Virus record (IMG/VR): IMGVR_UViG_2718217709_000001
DNA: 21,381 bases
Reading direction: 5' to 3' (one strand)
Source of the DNA: a virus
Taxonomy: Duplodnaviria > Heunggongvirae > Uroviricota > Caudoviricetes
Positions 1 to 9,395 of the stretch are shown here, in pieces. The notes below the pieces were generated by a model. It was not told where the DNA came from, did not search any database, and saw only the letters and a program-made list of their open reading frames with translations. A program made the translations under genes and the position numbers. Each line of letters starts with the position of its first letter. The first letter of the stretch is position 1.

Positions 1-825
1 CTATTTCTTCTCTGTAATTTTTACACTGTTTTCCAACTGCTTGATGCTGACCTGCGGGGTCGGCAACTCCTCAGGCATGGTTCCGCCAAGTTCCTGAATG
101 GTTTGCCTCACCTTGCGACCCACGTCAAAGTGTGTGGTGTTTGCTTGCTGTTTTGAATTCACGCCATCCCGCTTGAGTTTTTCTTCTGTTTGGGTAGCTC
201 GAAAGAGATTAGCCGCCAGTTCTGTTGAACCCATATGATCCAGGATCTTCTGATTCTTTTTCAGCCCCTTCCGCTGATGAATAGCTTTCTGATCTAATCC
301 ACCATACAGCCCCCGGTAACCATGATTCTGAAATATGGCGAAATCGATAGCTGTCGCTCCCCCAGCTTGCTGCGCTGCCTCAACCAATTGTTTGTTATGT
401 TCTTTCAATTCATTTCTCAGAAAAAGACGCTTTTCGTCTTCACGAAGTTGCCTGAAAGCTTCATCGTCAGCCAGCTCCTGCCGTCGGGTCTGGATAGCAA
501 AATAAGTTTGCCCTGCCGCAATAACCGGTTTCGCAGGGTCGCCGTTTTGTACTACCAGGTAACAGGCATAGCGGGAGAGATGAACATCTTCAAGTTCTCG
601 TTGAGCCCCTGAACCTAATACAACCATTTTGGTGGTTTCAACGAAATGGTCAGATGCAGCTTGATTGCTGGCTTCGCACGCTTGAGTCGCGCGGGCCAGT
701 ACCTTTTGAAAATTGCGCCAGTCCCGATAATCCAGTAACGGTGCCAATTCTCTAGCTGACCAAAATTCTTGCCCTTCAGTGCCATAATGCCGTATTTCTT
801 CAAAAGGTTGATGATGTTCGTTCAT
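1..825 (-). CDS. dinD: DNA damage-inducible protein DinD (274 aa from the internal Met MNEHHQ...)
   Basis: ORF 1..837 (-) recognised as DinD by eye; start at 823-825 preferred because of GGAG-type RBS (GGAGTGGG) upstream and the 274-aa length; canonical LexA box 45 bp upstream. Confidence 0.85.
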   Translation of the reverse strand: MNEHHQPFEEIRHYGTEGQEFWSARELAPLLDYRDWRNFQKVLARATQACEASNQAASDHFVETTKMVVLGSGAQRELEDVHLSRYACYLVVQNGDPAKPVIAAGQTYFAIQTRRQELADDEAFRQLREDEKRLFLRNELKEHNKQLVEAAQQAGGATAIDFAIFQNHGYRGLYGGLDQKAIHQRKGLKKNQKILDHMGSTELAANLFRATQTEEKLKRDGVNSKQQANTTHFDVGRKVRQTIQELGGTMPEELPTPQVSIKQLENSVKITEKK

Positions 826-868
826 TGCCCACTCCATGTGATATCGATTGCAAAGAAAGTAAATCTGT

Positions 869-888
869 AACTGTATTTATATACAGTT
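869..888. promoter_or_regulatory. LexA (SOS) box AACTGTATTTATATACAGTT in the dinD promoter
   Basis: Perfect CTGT-N8-ACAG palindrome with AT-rich spacer, directly upstream of the dinD start. Confidence 0.8.
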
Positions 889-1521
889 GTGAGTATCTCA
901 CGTTCTCAGTGTGCTGGGCAAAAAAACATCGCAAAATCTGGAGCAGGCACGCAAAACAGAATTGAAGTTGCGGGGAAGAAAAATGCCGCTCTGTTTGAGT
1001 GGGCGGCATTTGTGAAGGCTGAAAAGTAAGAATTAGTGTTACGAGTCTGAATCTGTTTGTAGAGTGTTGGCTTCAATGCCGCATTGTGGCTGGTTTCTTT
1101 CTAATGCGATTTTTGATTATGTACACCCTTATGTACACGGTTTTTTCGGGTGCTTTGGTCAGAAGCCATTGCCTACATCCCTCAGGCTCGAGGTGTGTAA
1201 CCATGTTCAGGCTTGTTGTCCTGCGCGCGCGTATTGCTCGTGAAATTGCTGTACCCAATAGCGATGTCCGAAAAAACCTCCGTTCTCACATGAAACAGCC
1301 ATGTGCAACTGGTAACTGAACAGACTGGTAGACCGTTCGTTCAGTAAATACCTGATATTTCCGCCAACGAGAAATTGCGTTGGCTGGCAGAGTGCAAATT
1401 TGCACGATGACCTAACCCATTGATTCTTTCGAAAACCTAAATTTGAGGAAGCCGGATAACACCATTTTTATAGCTCCGATCCCTTCAAAGTGAGGGGTAA
1501 TTTGCCAAAACAGAGAGAGCA

Positions 1522-1809
1522 TTACTGTCTCTGGCAATCTTTATCGCGATAACGCCTGAAGTACCCTCTCGCTTCCTCATCCATACCAAGAGCCGAATGA
1601 GTCCGCTTAACTGCCTGTCTTAAATCTCCGAATCTGTCTGTAGTTGCTGGTTGGCGTGCCGCCTTACGGATACATTCAGAGCGTCTGTTTGCTGCATGTT
1701 CACGTTCTTTATCGCCATCTGCCAGCATCATGACTTCTGCCCATCGTGCGGCAGCTCTCCGGTATAGCCCTTTTGACTCCAGCTCTTCAGCTTTCCTGTC
1801 CCTTATCAT
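1522..1809 (-). CDS. PerC-family transcriptional activator-like protein (95 aa)
   Basis: Small basic protein whose N-terminus (RKAEELESKGLYRRAAARWAEVM) resembles PerC/Pch-type regulators as recalled; GAGG RBS 6-7 nt upstream of the ATG. No search run. Confidence 0.5.
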   Translation of the reverse strand: MIRDRKAEELESKGLYRRAAARWAEVMMLADGDKEREHAANRRSECIRKAARQPATTDRFGDLRQAVKRTHSALGMDEEARGYFRRYRDKDCQRQ

Positions 1810-1845
1810 TTCTGCCTCTCAGATTATATAGATAAGCAAAAAGGT

Positions 1846-1957
1846 GTTGGTTCAGTTGGTTCAATTTGTAAAGATCGTTGTTTTTATTGTGTTTTTTCAG
1901 AAATATTGAACCAACATCAACTCATTTTGAACCAACACAGTCCAGCTCTGAACCAAC
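1846..1957. repeat. Iteron/operator-like 9-mer array: GTTGGTTCA x2 in tandem (1846-1863) and TGAACCAAC x3 at exact 21-bp phasing (1907, 1928, 1949)
   Basis: Read directly from sequence; lies in the divergent region between the perC-like gene (-) and the 151-aa gene (+). Confidence 0.6.
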
Positions 1958-2010
1958 AACACAGCGATAGCTTTGTGATTGGTCCGTTATTTTCTGGTTG
2001 ATATTTGAGC

Positions 2011-2040
2011 GTATAACAGTGTTATACAGTGGTATACTGT
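2011..2040. repeat. Three tandem 10-bp units GTATAACAGT / GTTATACAGT / GGTATACTGT immediately upstream of the 151-aa ORF
   Basis: Direct reading; 10-bp periodicity places sites on one helix face; contains ACAGT...ACTGT inverted half-sites. Confidence 0.55.
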
Positions 2041-2059
2041 ATGGATATTACTCACTGAT

Positions 2060-2515
2060 ATGGTCTTTGCAATGAGCAAATCTAATCTGGTCGCGTTCCG
2101 CATCCCATCTGAATTGCAGGATGAGTTTAATCGGTCTGTTCTCGCTTCTGGAGGGGATAAAACCTCCTGGCTTGTTGATGCGATTCGCATGAAGCTGGGA
2201 CAGCCGGAAAAGTCTATTGATTCACGAATGCTTGGGCTGGTGGAGCGCATGGAAAAAGCCGCTGCGTCGCTTATTGCCGGAAAGCCGAACATCCCACCAA
2301 AGCCATATAACGAAACGGCAGTTATAAAGATCATTGCCGATACCATCCGACAGGGATTTGATAATGGGCGTGTGATAGCTGAACGGATCAATGAAGCAGG
2401 CTATCAAACAAAAGCTGGTAAAGCGTGGGATAAAGATATTTACAGCGCGTGGAAGCGTCAGGGAAGCAATGCTGAAAAGTTAAAAGCGGTGATTGATTGT
2501 AAGGTCAGCGTATAA
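2060..2515 (+). CDS. Hypothetical protein, N-terminal ribbon-helix-helix-like segment (putative DNA-binding regulator)
   Basis: 151-aa ORF; N-terminus (LVAFRIPSELQDEF...SWLVDAIR) has an RHH-like beta-strand/helix pattern; alternative start at 2072; no clear SD. Confidence 0.5.
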   Translation: MVFAMSKSNLVAFRIPSELQDEFNRSVLASGGDKTSWLVDAIRMKLGQPEKSIDSRMLGLVERMEKAAASLIAGKPNIPPKPYNETAVIKIIADTIRQGFDNGRVIAERINEAGYQTKAGKAWDKDIYSAWKRQGSNAEKLKAVIDCKVSV

Positions 2516-2594
2516 ACATGAGTGCCCATTAGAAAGCTGCTTGGGCCAATACCTTTATACACCAGCAGGTGGTGACGATAGGTGAGGATCAGGA

Positions 2595-2795
2595 ATGAAA
2601 GGCAGAACGCCACACATTGAACATCAAGCCAACCACTTCTCGGATGTTCGCAATGAGATGATTGCCATTCGCGGTGATATGCACGGAATGGAGCGTCGCC
2701 TAGCAGATAAGATGGACGAGAATCAGAAGTGGATCATCGTCCTGTTGATTTTATCAATTCTTATCCCGCTACTTATCGCATTGGTCACAAAATGA
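2595..2795 (+). CDS. Small protein with C-terminal transmembrane anchor (66 aa), XhlA/holin-like architecture
   Basis: GAGGA RBS 6 nt upstream of ATG; charged helical N-terminus followed by a hydrophobic tail (WIIVLLILSILIPLLIALV). Confidence 0.45.
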   Translation: MKGRTPHIEHQANHFSDVRNEMIAIRGDMHGMERRLADKMDENQKWIIVLLILSILIPLLIALVTK

Positions 2796-3056
2796 ATATC
2801 CAATGTGTATGCTGTCGATGCTACGCGCGCGTACTTGTCGCAAAATATCAGGCAAAGGCCAGATTCAGAACGTCGTGATAACCACCAGCACAACATGAGA
2901 GGTCATGTAACGCGATTTATCACACCAGATACATGTGATTGGTGTACCCGCATAAAACATCGTCATAGCGCGTCCTGTGCGCATATACGCCGATAATCAA
3001 CACATCACCACCACTCTGTCTTATGTAGAGAACAGTTTTATGGTGCTCCCCGCCAT

Positions 3057-3124
3057 CGCGTGCGTACTGGTCGGACACAGCTGCAAAAAATTTTGCAACT
3101 GATACACCTCGCGCGCGTACTGGT
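3057..3124. repeat. Two adjacent copies of a dispersed ~25-bp repeat (CGCGYGCGTACTGGTC...); related copies near 1223, 2824 and 3191
   Basis: Direct comparison of the sequence at 1223-1253, 2824-2848, 3057-3080, 3109-3136 and 3191-3203. Confidence 0.4.
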
Positions 3125-3249
3125 CACGAAATTGGTGTTTTGCTGTGGCAGTGATATCAGAAAAATCTTCCTGTTTCACATAAAGCGGATATGCGCGTAC
3201 TGTAACGGCCCCATCAACGGGGAGCGGATTTGAAATCCCGACCCAAGCT

Positions 3250-3675
3250 ATGTACCAAATGCCATGTCTTGGATATATGATGATTGCCATTCTAAACAAA
3301 GCTAAAGGGAGGGTTGGTGTGAGGGGGCAGGCAGTTATAATTATTTTGTTGGGTTTAATTGTCGCAAAGTTATACCCGACTTTATCGATGGTGTTTTTTG
3401 CCATTATTGGCGCAGCCATCTTTACTTATATCATTAAACATACCGCCTTGTGGTTCTATAAAATTGATATAGTTCAGAAGTTTGTACGTCCTGTGTCGAT
3501 GTTATTACTAGCATTAATACCAATTGGTGTTGCTTATGTAATTGATGTTTTTTACCCTTCGGACACTGAAAGGTGGTTGATAGTTTTGTATTGTTATATT
3601 GGTGTAGCTCTCTTTTGTGGATTTCATTGGTGTTTCGAAAAGATCAATGACTCTATTTCAAAGAATAAAGATTGA
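3250..3675 (+). CDS. Multi-pass membrane protein, AT-rich gene (start uncertain; GTG at 3319 has a strong AGGGAGGG RBS)
   Basis: Translation is dominated by hydrophobic helices (3-4 predicted TM segments); markedly lower GC than surroundings. Confidence 0.5.
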   Translation: MYQMPCLGYMMIAILNKAKGRVGVRGQAVIIILLGLIVAKLYPTLSMVFFAIIGAAIFTYIIKHTALWFYKIDIVQKFVRPVSMLLLALIPIGVAYVIDVFYPSDTERWLIVLYCYIGVALFCGFHWCFEKINDSISKNKD

Positions 3676-3694
3676 GGCCATCCGTGGCCATTCA

Positions 3695-4020
3695 CTAGTC
3701 ATTATCTGGATCATTAGATAGCCAAGTAATGATGCCCAGTCTGGCGATGGTCCGTTTTTCCTGTTCAGGAAGAGAGTTAAAAAAACTCTTCCATTGAGGG
3801 GAGCGCCTGATACGTGAATCAACAATGTGCCCAGGCGCTTTTCCGTGTAGATTTTTTACTGCGCTCTGGAAGGCTGGCGAGGCAATTAATTTATCCGCAG
3901 CATCAGCCGCCCCTGCTCCACCAGCTAATCGAGCTTTACTCGCCAATCTTGCTCCAATATCAGCCCCAGCAATGGCTCCAAGCGATCCAAAATGAGCGCC
4001 TACCATCGTGCCTATTTTTT
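3695..4020 (-). pseudogene. 3' fragment of a 705-aa cargo gene split by the IS insertion (joins with 7604..9395)
   Basis: Reading frame continues exactly across the IS once the IS and one copy of the GAA duplication are removed (...KHI-QKIGT-MVGAHF...). Confidence 0.7.
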
Positions 4021-4077
4021 GAATGAACCGCCCCGGAAATCCTGGAGACTAAACTCCCTGAGAAAGAGGTAAACAGG

Positions 4078-4404
4078 ATGACTAAAAATACTCGTTTTTC
4101 CCCCGAAGTCCGTCAGCGGGCGATTCGTATGGTTCTGGAAAGTCAGGATGAATATGACTCACAGTGGGCGGCAATTTGTTCCATTGCCCCAAAGATTGGC
4201 TGTACGCCGGAGACTCTGCGTGTCTGGGTTCGCCAGCATGAGCGGGATACCGGGGGCGGTGATGGTGGGCTCACCAGCGCGGAACGTCAGCGTCTGAAAG
4301 AGCTGGAACGTGAAAATCGTGAACTGCGCCGCAGTAACGATATCCTTCGCCAGGCTTCCGCTTATTTTGCGAAGGCGGAGTTCGACCGCCTCTGGAAAAA
4401 ATGA
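4078..4404 (+). CDS. IS3-family transposase OrfA (HTH)
   Basis: 108-aa ORF ([22 protein letters not shown]...) recalled as IS629/IS1203-type OrfA; ends at the AAAAAA slippery run. Confidence 0.85.
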   Translation: MTKNTRFSPEVRQRAIRMVLESQDEYDSQWAAICSIAPKIGCTPETLRVWVRQHERDTGGGDGGLTSAERQRLKELERENRELRRSNDILRQASAYFAKAEFDRLWKK

Positions 4405-4818
4405 TGCCACTGCTGGATAAGCTGCGTGAGCAGTACGGGGTCGGACCGGTATGCAGCGAACTGCATATTGCCCCGTCAACGTATTACCATTGTCAGCAAC
4501 AGCGACATCATCCGGATAAACGCAGTGCCCGTGCGCAGCACGACGACTGGCTGAAGAGAGAGATACAGCGCGTATACGATGAAAATCATCAGGTGTACGG
4601 TGTGCGTAAAGTCTGGCGTCAGTTGTTACGGGAAGGAATCAGGGTGGCCAGATGTACAGTGGCACGTCTCATGGCGGTTATGGGACTTGCCGGTGTTCTC
4701 CGGGGTAAAAAGGTCCGTACGACCATCAGCCGGAAAGCCGTTGCCGCAGGCGACCGCGTAAACCGTCAGTTCGTGGCAGAACGACCTGACCAGCTGTGGG
4801 TGGCTGATTTTACTTACG
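4401..4818 (+). CDS. IS3-family transposase OrfB, 5' exon (interrupted by group II intron after ...[10 protein letters not shown])
   Basis: In-frame continuation is found at 7089; the intervening 2270 bp has group II intron boundaries. Confidence 0.75.
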
Positions 4819-5474
4819 GTGTGCCCGGAGTTCAGGGCGGGCATGGATGCTTAAATGAACCGCGAGTCTGTCTGGAATATTGAACCGGTAACTCACGATG
4901 AGAAACCCAACAATCCCACCGGGTGTGACGGTGGAGAACCTGAGCGGCAGTGACCTGCGGCATGCCCGCAGGGTGATGTAACCCGCTGACAACGGGGATT
5001 GAGGCGAGATCACTAAGCCGAGATGATCCTCAAGGTTAAGTACTGAAAGGCTGAAGAACATGAACCCGTTAATCCGCCTCTGTGGGTTGAAAACGTCACC
5101 ACGGCCTACGTGATCTGACAGGCCGTGCAGGAGGAACTGGCAGTAATACGTAAGCACTGCCGGTCGAAGGTGTTTTGACATGTATGCGAAACACCGGGGC
5201 AGCAGCGTCTATCACGCTTGCGTTGCTGACTTCTGCCAACTTGCGGCAAGCAAGGATAAAGAGTGCGACGGGCAGCCTCCTCAGTATGCCTGAGTCCAGG
5301 CAGGTAAACCGGGGAAGGTCAGCGACGGATGTTAAGGGGGCATGGCTCCGATGACGCGCTGGCTGGCGGAGCTTCCGTAGTAGTCCGCGATGGGGAAAGC
5401 CCATTACATGGCGAAGGGAAGCAGTTTGAATGTGTTTGCGACGTGAATTAACTGACCTAACGAGGTGAAGACCT

Positions 5475-6998
5475 TTGATAATCAGCGAAATGCAACGCAA
5501 GCTTGCCACATGGGCAGTCACCGATCCGTCCCTACGGATTCAACGGCTGCTGCGTCTGATAACACAACCAGAATGGCTGGCTGAAGCGGCGCGGATCACG
5601 CTTTCATCAAAGGGGGCCCATACCCCCGGCGTTGATGGCGTGAACAAAACAATGCTACAGGCCAGACTGGCTGTTGAGCTGCAAATCCTCAGGGATGAAT
5701 TACTCTCAGGCCACTACCAGCCCTTGCCCGCCAGACGGGTTTACATCCCTAAAAGCAACGGCAAACTGCGACCACTGGGTATCCCCGCGTTGCGGGATCG
5801 TATTGTTCAGCGGGCCATGCTGATGGCGATGGAGCCGATATGGGAGAGTGATTTTCATACACTCTCATATGGCTTCCGGCCTGAGCGCAGTGTCCACCAC
5901 GCTATCCGCACGGTGAAATTACAGCTCACAGACTGTGGTGAAACCCGGGGACGCTGGGTGATTGAAGGCGACCTGTCCAGTTACTTCGACACCGTACATC
6001 ATCGACTGCTGATGAAGGCTGTACGCCGCAGGATCAGTGACGCACGTTTCATGACTCTGCTGTGGAAAACCATCAAGGCGGGACATATCGATGTCGGTCT
6101 CTTTCGGGCGGCCAGTGAAGGTGTGCCACAGGGCGGTGTTATATCGCCGCTATTATCGAACATCATGCTGAATGAGTTCGATCAATACCTGCATGAGCGC
6201 TACCTGAGCGGGAAAGCCAGAAAAGATCGGTGGTACTGGAATAACAGTATCCAACGGGGCCGAAGTACGGCGGTCAGAGAAAACTGGCAGTGGAAACCCG
6301 CGGTGGCGTACTGCCGCTATGCCGATGATTTTGTCCTCATCGTCAAAGGCACCAAAGCACAGGCGGAAGCCATCAGGGAGGAGTGTCGGGGTGTGCTCGA
6401 AGGCAGTCTGAAACTCAGGCTGAACATGGATAAGACTAAAATCACCCATGTTAATGACGGCTTTATCTTTCTGGGGCACAGGATCATTCGCAAACGCAGT
6501 CGTTATGGCGAGATGCGAGTGGTCTCAACGATCCCGCAGGAGAAAGCCAGAAACTTCGCCGCATCGCTGACAGCACTGTTATCAGGCAACTACAGTGAAA
6601 GCAAAGTCGATATGGCTGAACAACTCAACCGAAAACTGAAAGGCTGGGCCATGTTCTATCAGTTCGTTGATTTTAAGGCCAAAGTCTTCAGTTATATCGA
6701 CCGTGTCGTGTTCTGGAAGCTGGCTCACTGGCTGGCCCGCAAATACCGTACAGGTATCGCTTCCCTGATGAGGTGGTGGTGTAAATCACCGAAACCGGGT
6801 CAGAGCAAAACGTGGGTTTTATTTGGTAAAACCAATCACGGCAAGCTCAGCGGCGAAATACTGTACCGGTTGGTGGGGCAAGGCAAGAAGCTGTTCCGCT
6901 GGCGGCTACCCGAAGGTAATCCCTATCTGAGGACGGAGACCAGAAACACGTATACATCGCGCTTTACAGAAGTGGCAATGGCGTTCGCCAGCATTTAA
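5475..6998 (+). CDS. Group II intron-encoded reverse transcriptase/maturase (no endonuclease domain evident)
   Basis: 507-aa ORF with RT motifs (GIPALRDRIVQRA, YADDFV) and a C-terminal maturase (X) region; no HNH-like Cys/His cluster at the C-terminus. Confidence 0.9.
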   Translation: MIISEMQRKLATWAVTDPSLRIQRLLRLITQPEWLAEAARITLSSKGAHTPGVDGVNKTMLQARLAVELQILRDELLSGHYQPLPARRVYIPKSNGKLRPLGIPALRDRIVQRAMLMAMEPIWESDFHTLSYGFRPERSVHHAIRTVKLQLTDCGETRGRWVIEGDLSSYFDTVHHRLLMKAVRRRISDARFMTLLWKTIKAGHIDVGLFRAASEGVPQGGVISPLLSNIMLNEFDQYLHERYLSGKARKDRWYWNNSIQRGRSTAVRENWQWKPAVAYCRYADDFVLIVKGTKAQAEAIREECRGVLEGSLKLRLNMDKTKITHVNDGFIFLGHRIIRKRSRYGEMRVVSTIPQEKARNFAASLTALLSGNYSESKVDMAEQLNRKLKGWAMFYQFVDFKAKVFSYIDRVVFWKLAHWLARKYRTGIASLMRWWCKSPKPGQSKTWVLFGKTNHGKLSGEILYRLVGQGKKLFRWRLPEGNPYLRTETRNTYTSRFTEVAMAFASI

Positions 6999-7003
6999 AT
7001 GGA

Positions 7004-7037
7004 GAGCCGGATGCGCTGAAAGGTGCACGTCCGGTTC
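7004..7037 (+). ncRNA. Group II intron domain V (catalytic hairpin)
   Basis: GAGCCGGATGCGCTGAAAGGTGCACGTCCGGTTC, about 50 nt before the intron 3' end. Confidence 0.7.
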
Positions 7038-7060
7038 GGGGAGGAGAGGCAGGGAAATAG

Positions 7061-7561
<501 letters not shown>

Positions 7562-7603
7562 GTTCACAGATAAAACACTCTCCAGGAAACCCGGGGCGGT
7601 TCA

Positions 7604-9395
7604 GAATGTGTTTTGCTGCTAGTTCGTATGGAGCTGTTACCCGATTAAATCTGTTTACAAACTCATTCAGCTTACCAGTAGATATTTCATGCGCTTTAGC
7701 ATTTTTTATTGCTCTGGCAACTTTGTATACATCATATAGTCCGCTCATTGTTTCTTTTGGCAAATGTTCAGCCAAAGTCTTTAGCTGTCCACTGTGTTGC
7801 AAGTTTTGCCACCAATCTGCGAAGCCAGATGGATTAAAGTCGGCCCCACGCTTCCCAGAGGAAAGCATATCTCTTAATGCTGTTCCTACTAGCTCCCTTC
7901 GCAATGTTCTTGATGGAGTATTTTGCATAATCTCACGAAACCCTCTCGCATCACCTTTTGCCATAGATTGAAGAGAATTCGTTACTTTATACGCTATATC
8001 CCCATTAAGTGTTTTCCCGCGAAGATTTACCATTTGCCTTTCTAAGTTTTTTCTCATAGCTACAAGGCGTTGTGCGACTTCGAAATCTCGCAAGTATCCA
8101 GTATTGGATAAGACAGATTTTTGGTCTTCAGCTAAAGCTCCATATAGTCTTGATAGCGCTTCTTTATCAGCATCTTTGTATGGCCCCTGCTTTTTATTTA
8201 GGGCATCACCAACTAAACGCCTTTGCCTGTTTAAATTTGCATACGTTAGGATGCTATCTGGGCCGGGGTTTATTGCTGTAAAAACTCGCTTTTCTATTGG
8301 GTCAAGATTATCCCACCCTCCTAAATCATCAGCGATTTTTTCCAGCATAGTGCTTGTGTTATTTGCTTCGACTTTTGTTCTTGGTGATAGAGCGGAATCA
8401 ACACGTTTATATAACTGATCACTACGGTTTTTTAGTGCTTCCATTCTACTATTTATCTGATAAATATATTTTTCGCTCATAGCTAACGCATCTGGCGCAC
8501 CAGCAACATCATCGATTATCTTGCCAGCACTAGAGGCTAATTCGCTTATTGCTTTATCTTCTTGAGCTTTTAACGCTGATCCTGTCCGTGACTTTAGGGC
8601 TTGCTCTACAGCTTGGTATTGCTCATTTCCTGATAAATGAGAAGGAAGAACTGAATCAACATGAAGCCTATTTGCAGCCTCAACAATTTCTTTCTGAGGT
8701 TTTAGATCTAGCCCTTCAAGCGAAGAGGCAAGATTTGGGTTGCCTTGTGCAGATAACTTACGAATTTTCTCTTCGGCAGGAGTAATCCCCTCAATATCTG
8801 GAATCGAAGAAACATTCTTCTTGGTTAATTTCCCAGCTATTTTATTAATTGCAGGGCCAGCAAGTTCGGCTACAGGGCCAGCCACAGCGCCAATAGCAGC
8901 GCCGGAAGCAACATCGCTATTTGTTCCATTGGCTACAATAGCCCCTTCTCCAGCACCAAGCCCTGCGGCGGCAGCCAGTCTTGCCGCCCCTTTGGGAACC
9001 TGAGAAATAATCCCACCACCACTAACAAATGGCGCTGCTTGTCCAACGAACTCACCAACATCTTGTGCGGTTGATGGTTTTGCCGCTAACTTCTGCTGTA
9101 GAGACTGAATTGCGGCTTGCTCTTCTGGTGTCATATCCTGAAACAGGCCAACACCTTTACCAACATCCATCAATCCACTGAGAACGCCATACATAAAACG
9201 GTCGAAACCGTTAGCATTATTAACAACATTTTCCTGTCTGGAATTTTCCTCTGGTGAAACCAAAGGTGATTGCTGCTGTTCTGGTTGGGCATCAAGCACA
9301 AAACCATCAGGAAGCTGTGAACTATCAGGAAACTGTGAGTTATCAGGTTGTTCATCGAGCACAAAACCTTCCGGTAAGATTACATTTGCTGCCAT
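7604..9395 (-). pseudogene. 5' part (597 codons) of the IS-disrupted 705-aa cargo gene: duplicated LPxGFVLDxQP N-terminal motif, Gly/Ala-rich segment, long helical region
   Basis: ORF 7368..9395 (-); residues after codon 597 are read through the IS right end and are not native; AGGA RBS upstream of the ATG at 9395. Confidence 0.7.

Noticed and set aside
1073-1319. ORFs 1073..1258 (-) and 1086..1319 (+) between dinD and the perC-like gene
   Set aside because: Mutually overlapping antisense frames in an intergenic segment without RBS support.
2011-2052. Second LexA box in the TATACAGT repeats
   Set aside because: Half-sites are arranged ACAG-N7-CTGT rather than CTGT-N8-ACAG, so this is not a canonical SOS box.
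3057-3136. Sigma-54 promoter (TGG-N10-GC-like elements inside the dispersed repeats)
   Set aside because: The GG/GC spacing is inconsistent between copies and no copy matches TGGCAC-N5-TTGC.
2805-3419. ORFs 2805..2996 (+) and 3021..3419 (-)
   Set aside because: Lie in the repeat-rich non-coding stretch or antisense to the membrane-protein gene; no RBS, atypical composition.
4159-4844. ORFs 4159..4479 (-), 4579..4761 (+) and 4626..4844 (-) within the IS
   Set aside because: Shadow frames of transposase orfA/orfB.
4810-6479. Minus-strand ORFs 4810..5181, 5096..5521 and 6153..6479, and plus-strand ORF 7023..7298
   Set aside because: They lie inside group II intron ribozyme domains, antisense to the RT gene, or across the intron/exon junction; no RBS and implausible composition.
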